A stretch of DNA of 64,000 nucleotides, taken from assembly GCA_047967505.1 (NCBI GenBank), contig CM106538.1. One strand, written 5' to 3'. The DNA comes from Dipteris shenzhenensis. Taxonomy: Eukaryota. Shown piece by piece: positions 38,701-49,762 of this stretch. The position numbers were made by a program, and so were the translations under genes. The notes under the pieces were generated by a model. The model was given only the letters and a program-made list of their open reading frames with translations. It was not told where the DNA came from and ran no database searches. Within the stretch, counting starts at the first letter, position 1, and each line of letters begins with the position of its first letter.

Positions 38701-40599
38701 ATACACAGACACAGAAACTCTTTTGGAGTCTTTTGAATTTCCATGGCTGAAATCAATGGTCCTCGAGGTAAATCCTTTTCACCTCGCAAAACATATTCTA
38801 CCCCGTTTATCTTGAACTGGTAAATATGCTTTTTCCAATCAATGGCTGGATTTTTTTAAAAATGCCAAGCCATGCCTAGGGCTATATCTGCGTGAGCTAG
38901 CCTGGTCAATTCAAAGTCCAGCTTCTCAACATAGTCATGAATTCGAAGTTCCAATTGGGTAACCCTCTGGTCCCATACTTCAGTTGAACTTCCGTCTGCC
39001 ATCCTGACTGTATAAGCATAATCAGACGGACTAGTTTTTAACTTGAGCCTCTTAATAAGCTTCGAGTTAATTACATTGTGTGTTGACGCTGAGTCAAACA
39101 ACACAATCACATCATGATTGGCTCTTCCCCCGCTTCGCCACAGTGCCCCGGGATGCCTTCGCTCGGTACTAGTCCCACTTCCTTCCACGCTTTTCCTTTC
39201 GGGGTGGTGTGCCGTAAGTGAGGCGGTGGGGCCCCACCCCACCAAGCCGAAAACGACTTGCCCTTTCATTTTAATCAACTCGGGCTCATCGAAAACCGTA
39301 TATCCCGTTGCTGCGGGCTTTGAAAGGATGTTATCAGGTGCACCGCTTACTAACTTAGTAACAGACACACTTAACAATACAGGTACTAACCTTTGAGAAG
39401 GTCCCGCCAATTGCGTCTGCATATGTTCCGCATTGGGACTCTCCTACATTCCCGTGTTGCATTCAGATATTATCATATTGGCCGTGCGACGATCGTTGTT
39501 TAGTGGACAATCTTTCCATTGATGTCACTGAAGGCAGCCGAAGCACAATCCCTCTTTTCTAGCTTTTTCTTTTTGCTGAGGGGTGAACGAGGACTTTGAC
39601 CAAGCCCGGGCTGCCATTGGAGTTACTTTTCTTTTCACTCCAACGGTGGTACTTGTCTTTGCTGGTCCCTCAACCGGCTTCACCTGCTTGGTTTGGCCAC
39701 TTGGCTGCGAGACACTTGTCTTTGAAGTCCATTTCCTCTGAAATCCCCCTTTTCTCGGGTATTCATGCTGAGTCCCTGCCTGCACAAACCCACTATGTCT
39801 GCCTCCTGGCATCCTCGTAGTTCAGGGCTACTGCAATGGATTCATCTAATGTAGTCACTTATTCAGCCCGAACTTCCATTTTAATCTTGTCGTTCAGTCC
39901 ATAGATATAGTCTTTCAAGTGAACCGACATAGGGAGAGGGTCTGTTATCTTCATAACACATTCCCTGAACTTGTCAGTGTACTCTGCCACCGACAAATTC
40001 CTTTGGCGAAGGTTTCTTTAAGCATCCCAAGCTCGGGACTCTTCGTCAGGTGGAAGAAAGTGTTTCTTAAATTCAGCTTTAAACCCTTCCCAGGTGGTAG
40101 GGGCAACTTGATCTTTCTGTTGCTTAATCCACCATCTATCCGCTGCCTCAATAAACAGGTGAGTGGTCTCGTGGATTTTCTTTAGATCAGATCTGATTTC
40201 ACAAATGGCGAAGGCTTCTTCCCACTTGTGTAACCAAACCTCGATCACATCAGAACTGCGCTCGGTCATCCGGCCAGCGTACTTTTCCGGTCTATAGTTG
40301 GCAATATTAGGTACCTTGACCTTTGCACGTTCTGATGAGTGTATATTGGGATCTGGCTCTGCTGGAGCTTTGCTCTTTTCATTTCTAGATGGTCTAGCCG
40401 ACAAGGCTTGTACCATCTCTCTAATTTCATTTTGATTAGCGTTCACTTGAAGCTGCTGGTTCATGATCTGCTGTAAAGCATCTTCTAATACATAAATCCT
40501 ACCTACCAGAGTAGGTGTTGTATGATGGGACACTTGTTGTGTAGATCGTGCTCTAGATTCACCAGGATTTGCCCTGGAATCTTGTCCCTCTTCCTCCAT
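35778..40599 (-). pseudogene. Chromovirus gag-pol with chromodomain, a few frameshifts and stops
   Basis: gag 40599-40018, knuckle CFGCLQ*HQWKDC, protease VLFDSASTHN, RT RLCIDYRALN / MPFGLTNAP / FIDNILV, RNase H ETDASG, integrase HDSPCAGHPG, YCGPW (GPY/F), chromodomain LVAWHGLPLSKATWES. Confidence 0.95.
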
Positions 40600-40770
40600 T
40601 CTTTAAAAAGGGAAAATAGATTTTTTTTTTTCACTTCTAATTTCCCTCTGTTGTACAGGAATAATTCGATTGCAAACTGGAAACTAAAATTTTATACAGA
40701 AGGAAAAAATGATGCTCCCTGGAAGCTCCACGAATCCCAGATGTCCAAATTTCCTTCTTCTGCCAAAGTC

Positions 40771-41036
40771 TTTGCGAAAGTGAAGATCTTCATCATCATT
40801 GATGCTGACCATGACCCAAGGTCGTTTTACTCCGATTGCCTCAACTGCTTGGATAGCTGCATTTATACCTTCCCTTATTGCGCGCACTACTGACGGATCC
40901 GGAGCACAATTGATGCAATCAACGCCAACAAGCGTGTAAATCAAGGATAGGTTGCGAACGTCAGCCACCTCCTCAAAACTTGCTCCGTAGATAAGCTTTA
41001 CCCACGTTCTTGCTACCAAGGAATCCTTGGGAGAAA
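40771..41036 (-). pseudogene. ldpA: Captured N-terminal fragment of an LdpA-like Fe-S protein gene in the chromovirus 5' leader
   Basis: SPKDSLVARTWVKLIYGASFEEVADVRNLSLIYTLVGVDCINCAPDPSVVRAIREGI...KRPWVMVSINDDEDLHFRK matches, from memory, the LdpA family pattern W.KLICGASF....R.L.L.Y.LAG.DCID.AAD..V...PW.M.S.ND.ED.HFRK. Confidence 0.85.
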
Positions 41037-41461
41037 ACTTGGATAGAAGGCAGATGAGGTGGTGAAAGCTTCGCAGCGGGTGGGAATGGTGGATGGATAA
41101 TTTGCTGAAATGGAATAAGTAAACGAGCGTGAGAGGCTGTCATCACCAAGAGCCCGTTAATGCTGGTTGCCGCCCATCGTCAGCCTACCCCGCTGATTTC
41201 CCAGGTCTCTTAGACGTAGTCCCTCGCAATGGAATCAGCCTGCTCTTCTATCACCTGCCTACGGGAACCTTGCCCTGCGACAGCTGTACCCGCTCTTGTA
41301 GCGAATCCATCAACGGCTCAGCCGCTCCATCAATGGAAGCCCGCACGAATAAAGCCATCTAAAACACACGTCGTTCGCCTCACACCCCCAATACGTCCTG
41401 CGCCTTCTTGATACGTAACTCATATGAGTCCCCTTGTCCAGCCTGAGGCTCTGATACCAAA

Positions 41462-41929
41462 TGATACGCTCACTTTTCTATCCTCACTGTTCCGTCGAAT
41501 TACGGGCAATACGTAGTCACAGGCGTTGGCATCTTAAGTTTTCCTCCCAGCCTCTCTTGTAGATTGCATGCACACAAAAGATACGTAACTTTTATTTCCT
41601 TCATGCCTATCCACAAGCCCACAATTCCCTAGATAGTTCCCCCCTGCCACATGTCATCATTTTAGACCTTTAGCTTAGTACACCATTTACCCCTCTCTTG
41701 GGGCACAATTAAAACATTTGCCCCTTGGCATTATTACACATTTAGGTGCACCTAGGCCTGGGCACTCAGAACCACCTAGTCGATGCCAATACACCCTCAC
41801 CTAGGACCTTGGCAGTTACTTCCCTTGACCATTTTATCTACGCACATAAACTATTACAAAAGTCGGTCATCTAAGAGAAAATGCCCACCGATCTTTCCGA
41901 GGTCATGCTATCTCGGCTAGAGCATAACA
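41462..41929 (-). repeat. Chromovirus 5' LTR
   Basis: TG...CA; adjacent to PBS complement GGCTCTGATACCA. Confidence 0.97.
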
Positions 41930-43339
41930 CACATGCTCTCGAGGATGATTGGGCATGGGCTGTCCATTGCTCTTTTGATCCCTCCAAAGTTGATGCATTC
42001 TTTTCTACTAATGATGCTCAGTCTTGGTATTTTGATAGTGGTGCTTCCAAGCACGTAATCTCTTGCAGACAGTTGTTTCATTCCTTGGCTAATGCTCCTC
42101 GAGGGGGGACTGTCACATGTGCTAATAATGCTTCCTATGCTGTAAAAGGAATGCTTGGTATATGATCTTCATGATGACGATGCCATAGTTCTCATTGGCA
42201 CTTTGCAAAAGGGGCTTTATCACCTTGATCATCACTCAACTGCATTTTCTATTGAAGCATTTGCTATTTCAGGTTCACAGCTTGCTGAAACTCATCTTTG
42301 GCATGAGAGAATGGGTCATCTCAATTATAGAGCTCTTGCCAAGTTACATTCACAAGGCATGTCAAATGATGTACCTCAAACTCACACAGTTTCCAAACAT
42401 GTGTGTGAGGGTAGATGCATCGGTTTCTTTTTCAAAAGGATTGTTCAAAATTCTCACAAAGGAAATTGCAGCTAGTGTACAGTGATGTCTGTGGCCCAAT
42501 GAGGACAAATGCCATTGGAGGGTACAAATGTTTCATGACTCTAATTGATGACTTCACAAGATATTGCTGGGTATATGCTTTAAAAGCCAAATCTGAAGTG
42601 TTCTCATGCTTTCAGAGGTGGCTGAATATGGTTTAGAATGAATCATGATGCAAGCTTGTCACCCTCAACACAGATAGGGAGGGAGAGTATATGTCAAAGG
42701 AGTTTGATGCTTTTTTGGCTTCACGGGGCATTGTTCACTCATGCACTACTCCTTAACTCCTTAGCATAATCCTGTTCGTGAAAGAAAGAACAGGTCCACT
42801 GTGGAGATGGCCAGATGCATGCTTAAGGCCAAGTCATTGCTTAATAAATTTAGGCTTGATGCAGTGATGTGTGCCAACTATGTGGTGAATAGATCACCTA
42901 CAAGGGCATTGAGGACTGTTATACGTTATGAAGCATGGAAAGGCAGGAAGCCTTCACTTTCACACATGAGAGTTTTTGGGTCTTTTGCATATGTCGATGT
43001 ACCATCTCAGCTGAGACATAAGCTTGATGATAAGCCAATCTGAGACATAAGCTTGATGATAAGGCAATCAAATGCATAATTATTGGTTACAGCCAGGAGA
43101 GTAGAGGGTATTGGTTGTACCAACCAAATACTGGGAAGATTATTGTCAGTAGAGATGTAATCTTTGCTGAACATTCAGTTGACTTTGACCAGCAGTATGA
43201 GCCTCCTGCAGGCCCTCCAACAAGCAATGATCAGCCAGCACCCCATGTTGATTTGCAGGTTCCTGTTCCAGCACAAAATGATCCCAATATTCATGATGCA
43301 GTGATTGAAGAAAGAGCTGTCAGTAGACAGCAAAGGCAA

Positions 43340-44150
43340 GTTCGCCTCATTTTGCCTCCTTCCTTCAGTTGTTTGCACCCAACTAGAGCCTCTCCACAGC
43401 CTGCCTTCATTGTCGCCTCCATTTGGGAGTTTTTGGAGCTTTAGGTGCCCTTGACAGCCTGTTAGCTGGCTGGTGGGCACATTAAACAAGGCGTTTTTCA
43501 CACGTGTGGACCCTCGAAGTCATTTCAGAGCCTTTCATCGCCGACTTTAGGGTTTTATGTGCTGTTGTTGCATAGCTGACCACTTGTGAGCATCTTTTGC
43601 AGTACTTCGAGGTCTTTGAGGCAGCTCCGAGCTATTTCCAGTGCTCCAGCATACATATACCAGCCGACTTTGACCTGTCTTTGCACTTCGGAGCTGTCCA
43701 GCTGAGCTGCCTTACATCTTTCGGTCCTGCTGCAGCATTTTGAGCAGTCTGAACGCCGACAAGTTTTTGGTTCAGTTCTGCCTTTTGGAGCATCTTCTTG
43801 CTGTGTTTTGATTAGGGTTCGTATTTGGAGCACCACCAGCCACCTATAACTGCCCTTTTGCACACCTAGAGTCTACTGAAGCAGGTTGGAGACCTAGAAC
43901 AGCCATCTCAGCTTGCTGCAGATGCCTACAAGAACACCTGATTATCTCAGTTTGCATACATGGAGCCTTGTCCTCGTGGTGAAGACCAATCAGCACAAGT
44001 CACAGCTTGGGATGGGAAGAATGACAAGGCACTAGAGCTTATTGGTTTGAGATTGGTTGACAATCTACTTCATCATCTTGACCTCAATAGTTCAGCCAAG
44101 GCGACACGGGACACGCTCAAGAATCTTTTCACCACATCTACTGGACCCGA
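43340..44150 (+). mobile_element. Leader and gag fragment of another Copia
   Basis: WDGKNDKALELIGLRLVDNLLHHLDLNSSAKATRDTLKNLF (43960-44130) fits the Copia gag W...D..A...I.L.....L.......AK..W..L...F pattern. Confidence 0.6.
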
Positions 44151-44439
44151 GGAGCAAGCTTTATCTACTATATTGGATGATCTATTCCTCTTAGAGGTGG
44201 TATATGATGTTTAGTGCTACTAGTCCTTTTTGTGTTGAGTCAATAAAGGTTCTCAGCCTTGAGTTGTCCCTCTAAAATGAATGTATTTGGAGTCAGTAAG
44301 GGTACTGTGCCCTGGGTTGTTCCCTAAAAATGATTGTATTGTTTTTTCCTTTGGTGTGATTGTATCGACCATCGAGTTTAGAGTAAGGGGGGGTGACGAG
44401 TGATGGTCTACACTTGCCGGTCGCAAGTTGACTGAGAAG

Positions 44440-45520
44440 TCACTATCACATGGGAGGTGTTGGATAGTTGGATTGCTCTTTGGCATCGGGACATCATATA
44501 GTGAGCTCGCATAGGTGTGCCAAACCCCTGGATCTGTGATGGCTTCCCCTCGGATAAGAGCCCCCATCCAATGGTAGAGTCTCCTCCTTGAAAGGATTGT
44601 ATCACCTCCTCCATCTTGTCTGTGAGGAAAGCGTGCCTCTTATGATGTGTCAGTCGTGCAATCCGCTGCTCTCATGTGTCATAAGATGGCCCAAGACTGC
44701 TCACGCGTAAGGTAAGATCTCATTTGTCTGCACTGGTCATCATACCAGGATTCCGAGGCATCGTCCCCACTGAGGCATGTGCTGCAAATCGTGTCATGGG
44801 AAAATATCTAGCCGCAACGTCCTGTACGATTGAGACAAAGATATCTGAGGCATGGGTGAGGTTTGCAAGGTTTGCATCACCTCCAAGTAGATCTAGAAGC
44901 TCACGTGCTTCATGACTCACGTAGATTGGGTCAAGGGCATGGTCAAGGTGGACTTGGACACGGGTGTGGGTGTGGGTGGGGCTCTCCCTGTGGATGGCAT
45001 GGTAGCTGAGATGCTAAAAGCTAGGTATGAGTTATCAGTCCGGAGCGGGGGAGGAGGCACAATGAAATCATATATTCGTGGTACAAAGGTCAAGATGCCC
45101 ATTCGATAATCCAGTATATTGGTACCCCCACCATGTGGGAAGCACGTGAGCCCGCCAGATAATGGCCATCTCTAGAGACCGTTGTATATAATCAAGTTGT
45201 GGACAGCTCCCAGCTCAAGTGGATGCTGCCCATATTTTGTCATATGTGGTGCATCTGCCGAGTGTCTCACTATCCCAAGCTTTGCTGGGTCTAGCTACGG
45301 TATTGTGAGAGAGTCGTTCTCAAGATCCAACAAGCCCACTTGTCTATCTCCTGTTCGTGTATTGAAGTCACCAAGAAGGAGGATATCTCCATGTTTGGAG
45401 AACTCCATGATGTTATCATATATCGTCTCATAGGGGCTTTATCCTTTTGTGGTGACCTCATTTGCATAGGATGATATATTTGTGTGGAAGTAGCACATTG
45501 CAAGGAAGATTGGACGTGCC
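44440..45520 (-). mobile_element. LINE ORF2 APE-endonuclease and linker fragment (RTE-X-like)
   Basis: Minus frame reads EFSKHGDILLLGDFNTRTG...LIIYNG...TCFPHGGGTNILDY...RTDNSYLAF (GDFN, DY and decayed SDH motifs). Confidence 0.8.
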
Positions 45521-48234
45521 TCTAGTAAGTAGAATCATACCCACACATAGAAGTTCAAAGAGTCTAGCCTTGGCCCTCCAGAGACCAGAGTCATCTGGAA
45601 TCTGGATTCTGATACATAGTGTCAATGATCAAACATCATGATCAAAGGTAGCAGGTAGTAGAAACTTGGAAGTAGGTACTACACCGAAACATCAAAGGCA
45701 AAACATCATAGAAGAAAAGGCTGCCACAGCCCGGAAATAAAGCTGAAAATTGAAATGCATCACGATTCACAACCGATGAGGCTCAAGCCTCAAGCTCCAG
45801 CGTGCATCCTCATCCTCATTCTCTTGCTCATCCTCATCCTCATCCTTATTTGCATTAGTGCCATCCTCCTCCTCCTTGAGACCATCCTTGAGGCCAACCA
45901 CAGCCAAAGTCGGCGAACAGTGTACAGAGTCCAGATTAGCAACGTATGGATTAGAATAATGCTAAAAATGTGTTTTTCAAGGTTTTGGCCAGGCACAAAA
46001 TCGATCCCCCCTCCCAAACAAAACACCCCCCCCACACACACACACAACAAAAAACCAAACCACACCCAAAAAACACACCTCACAAAACAAAACCCCGCAC
46101 CCCCCCCCCCCCCCCCAAAAAAAAAAAAAAAAGAAGTACGGAAGGCCATATAGACGGAAAAAACATCCGTATGCGTATGGATGCAACTATGTACCCACAT
46201 ATGTTGTGCATGCTCCTCTCTCCGTACTATGGATATGAATGGCCTTAGGTGTGATCTGCAGCTTCTTGGAACTAGACTATGCGTTTGGTTACCCCAATCA
46301 CACGTATGAAATTCCTCTTTCCATACCGGTATGGAAAGGGGCAAACATACTCGACTTTTTGTTGGTTAAAAAGTTGGGGTCCTAGACCTTTCAAAAATCA
46401 TATTTTTGCAAAAAGCACTTGTCTTTCATGACTTTAAAGTTAATCCTAGTTTGAAGTTGAAATTTCTGTAAAACTCTGACAATTAAATTTATACATTCTT
46501 GCTTTTTGTTTTGTAAATTTAGGGTCACGTATGATTGAGCTGAACCATACTCCAATCATACTTCTGTACCGGTATGTGTTTTCCGTATGGAAATGTATCA
46601 GAAAAGCTATGGCTACAGAAGCTGAGAGACTGCCGAGGACTGCTAGAGACACTGAAGGGGCTGCTGCAGGCCCTGCAAGGGCAGCACATAGGGCAGCCAA
46701 CAAGGGCAGCAGGCCCTGCAAGGGCAGCACATAAGGCAGCCAACAAGGGCTGCCAGGGCTCATTTATAGGCCTGCAGCAGGTTGGTCATACAGTCTGGGT
46801 CAGTCGGCCGTACAGACCAGGGTCTGGTCGGCTAGGGCAGGGATCTGGTCGGCGAGTTGCAGATCTGTGGGCGTCTGGCCCTATAAAGGCTCTCATTGGG
46901 GAGTCATAGTTTGGCTGCAGAGCTGGTGGAAAATATCTGATCATGTACCTCTAGCTCAAAAGTCCTAGCTTCTAGTACCATGTCAGAACACGCAGTGGAA
47001 AATTGAATCAAATTGCGCAAAAGATCACACTTGGAAATGTAGATCCTAATGGAGAACATACATGTAACATGAACCTCCATGCTGGAATAGACAGCAAGAT
47101 ATGGCAATCCACAAAAGACTGTCCAAGAGAGGACTCATGGCAACCGACAAAAAACTGTCCAAGAGAGGACTCAAAATGTATCTCACATAGTGCACTCACA
47201 AACCACACTACGCGGACAGCTGGGTGCTGCCCACTACTGCTGGAACTGAGGCTGCAAAGATTTTGCCCTAATCTGCTGCTTTCTCCCTCTGCTGCATGCC
47301 TCCTATGAGGTCTTTGGTGGCTATGGGAGAAGCCCAAAACTTAGTATGCCAGTTCCCTTTCTGCCTCTGTGTGTTCTGCTCACTGAATATGAGCCCTACA
47401 CACAAGCTAAGGTCTACTGCTGCTACTGGTGCCTTTGTCTCATCCTGCTGGAACCTCTGTCTGCGCCTTCTATAATGCCCTGGTGCACTTCAGAAGTCTG
47501 GAACTGATGGCGGACTGCTGCACCCTTTCTTCTGCCTTCTCCTGGTCATGCTTGTGCCTGGGGATGCACTCTTGAAGTGCCTAAAACAGTCTGCAATGTT
47601 GTTCTGCAAACAGACTGGTCGACAGCCAATCAGACAGCCCACAGACTGGGCCGATGCAGTCTGTCCCTTCCTGGTCAGCAGGCCAGTCTGCAGGCCTATT
47701 TAAGGCCCTGTCTGCACGCGCTTCTCTGGGATTCTGCCCCAGCCCTGGTGCAGTCTTCAGACCCTGCGCTGTACTTACTGCAGCACCTGTCCAGTCCTGC
47801 AGTACTGCCGACTAGCTCAGCATCAGTCTGCTCCAGCCACTGTACTGCCGTGCTGTCTCTGCTGTTGTGCTGGATTCGCTGTTTGCTAAGCCTTTGTTCT
47901 CTCCCTTCATTCCCATGGTCAGCCCCCAGATCCATGGCAGTTCCCTGTGGACTGTTCAGCCTGCTGTAGAGGGTCAAACAAACCTGAGAAGGATTCTCTA
48001 TGCTGCCCACATGGCAGCTTGTGTGCTGCCGATATGGCAGCCTCTTCATCCCTCCATCTTCCTCTTCCATGGGACAGGTGTCACTCCTCCATGCTCCCCT
48101 CATTTGGGGGCTTACAAACGGGGAGTTGCATACCCCCTCTCAACGAGTTGTTATGAGTCGCAGCCCACTCCTTGAAGTATGCACAACTCTGTTCTGGAAG
48201 AGAGCTGAGGAACACATCGAAGGCATCTTCTAAG

Positions 48235-48710
48235 TCTGGTCCAAACACCCGTAGCTCAAACATCAACTGATGGTGTGGTCCATGTCATCTGGAAACTGCT
48301 CCGTATCATCCACATCCACCCCAGTCATTGTTGGTAACTCATACATGATGTCGCCCTCCAGATGGTAGCGTCCGTCTGACAAATTTCTTCGTAAACTCTT
48401 CTTATCTCTAGATCAATGCTCCCTATGAGCAATCCTTGGGTTCGGATCCTGAGTCTGGTCCAAACACCCGTAGATCAAACATCACCATATGTCCTCTGAT
48501 GGCGTGGTTTATGTCGTCCGGAAACTGCTCCGTATCATCCACACTCTACCCGAGTCATACTTGGTATTGGTAACTCATGCATGATGTCGCCCTCCGGATG
48601 GTAGTGATTGTTTGATAAATTTCTTTGTTGAAATCTACGTCCAGAAACTCTTCTTATCTCCGGATCAGTGCTTCCTATGAGCAATCATTGGATCGGAACC
48701 TGAGTCTTCC
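48235..48710. repeat. ~220-bp diverged tandem duplication
   Basis: GTCTGGTCCAAACACCCGTAG(C/A)TCAAACATCA at 48235 and 48453 with collinear downstream sequence. Confidence 0.85.
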
Positions 48711-49673
48711 AAGGTCTCATCCATACTCTCCTTGTGCTCTCCCGTCTCCTACAAGAAGGCTTTGATAGAGTGTGCTTTGTAAATCTCCAGCATTGTGCAA
48801 CTGAAACTGTTTGCGAAGGCTTCTTTTACAACCACCTTTGTCAGCTTTGTATCCTTCAAGAAGTCCACATCACCCATTTTTCAAACAGTAGACCCCAAAC
48901 CATAAATGATAGACCATTATTCGGTTGTTTATTTCATAGGTATAGGGGCCTTTTGTAGGTCATCCTAGTGTTTAATTTAGAGAGGATATTTATATTGTTT
49001 GAATAAATAAATACATTTGGAGGACGAACAATATAAATGCTTTCCTTTATTCATTGGTCTTATATGCTTTCCTTGGCATTCACTATCATTTCCCATGTAG
49101 AGGTATGCAACAAACTAGAGTAACAGAAATTGATGTAAGCTTGGTGTATGACAACAACCATGTATGTTGTAATCTAAAGTCAACAAACTTGGCATGATTA
49201 AAAAAGAGTTGAACTCACCAACGCAAGCTTATTCTTGAGAATGTTCAAGTAGATCTCGAGTTTCATCATGTAAAGGATAGTAATTTGGATTGGAAATAGA
49301 GGCTTGTTAGGTACGAATGCTATTAAATAAGTTTTGGCTCAAAGTGAAGGGTGTCAAATCCAGTAGAGAAAATGATAGTGGAAAAAATGTGAACATATTC
49401 AAAAGCTAAATGTGAACATATTCAAAAGCTATCTTAAAATGTTGAATGAAAAAGTTGATTGAAGAACACAAGCTCATGAATTTAGTGCATCCCTAGAGGT
49501 TGCTTGTGCTGGATGCAGCAGTCCATAGCCACATCTTTAATAGATTGCATGTCTTGTTTGAGTCTCTTATATTTTATCAATATAATTCTTTGGTCATTCA
49601 ACGAAACGCTTATATTTTAGCCTTTTTGGTGTGCAGATCCGAAGCCTACAAGAGAATTTTACGAGTTACACCT

Positions 49674-49762
49674 ATGCCCTTTATTGAAGGTGTTGGTGAT
49701 GAAATAATCATTGCAGCCCTTTTTGCTGCACCGGTTGTCATATTTTGTCACTCATCTCTTCG
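49674..49762 (+). CDS. RNF170: RNF170-like E3 ligase, coding exon 1 (N-terminal membrane anchor)
   Basis: Acceptor TGCAG| at 49636, ATG 49674, MPFIEGVGDEIIIAALFAAPVVIFCHSSL resembles the animal RNF170 N-terminus (IEGV.D + hydrophobic helix); donor CG|GTCAGT phase 2 fits the next exon. Confidence 0.75.

Larger units (their letters stand above)
35298..41929 (-). mobile_element. Full-length Ty3/Gypsy chromovirus (6632 bp)
   Basis: 468-bp LTRs 35298-35765 and 41462-41929 (9 differences by eye), TSD CACAT (35293-35297, 41930-41934), PBS 41447-41459, PPT 35766-35779, order gag-PR-RT-RH-INT-chromodomain. Confidence 0.98.
33637..43340 (+). mobile_element. Ty1/Copia copy 3 (different family), split by a chromovirus, lacking RT and 3' LTR
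   Basis: Putative LTR ~33637-33824, PBS TGGTATCAGAGC 33826-33837, gag ATG 34323 (KLDGTNYPMWS), knuckle CNYCRKPRHEISEC; resumes at 41935 with protease WYFDSGASKH, LWHERMGH, YSDVCGP. Confidence 0.9.

Noticed and set aside
40684-41019. Functional 111-aa LdpA gene
   Set aside because: TTG start, no in-frame ATG, homology stops at HFRK before the Fe-S cysteines, located inside a retroelement leader
45755-46344. Secreted or membrane peptide ORFs (ILILILLL...)
   Set aside because: Derived from CTCATC repeats and a noisy A/C homopolymer tract
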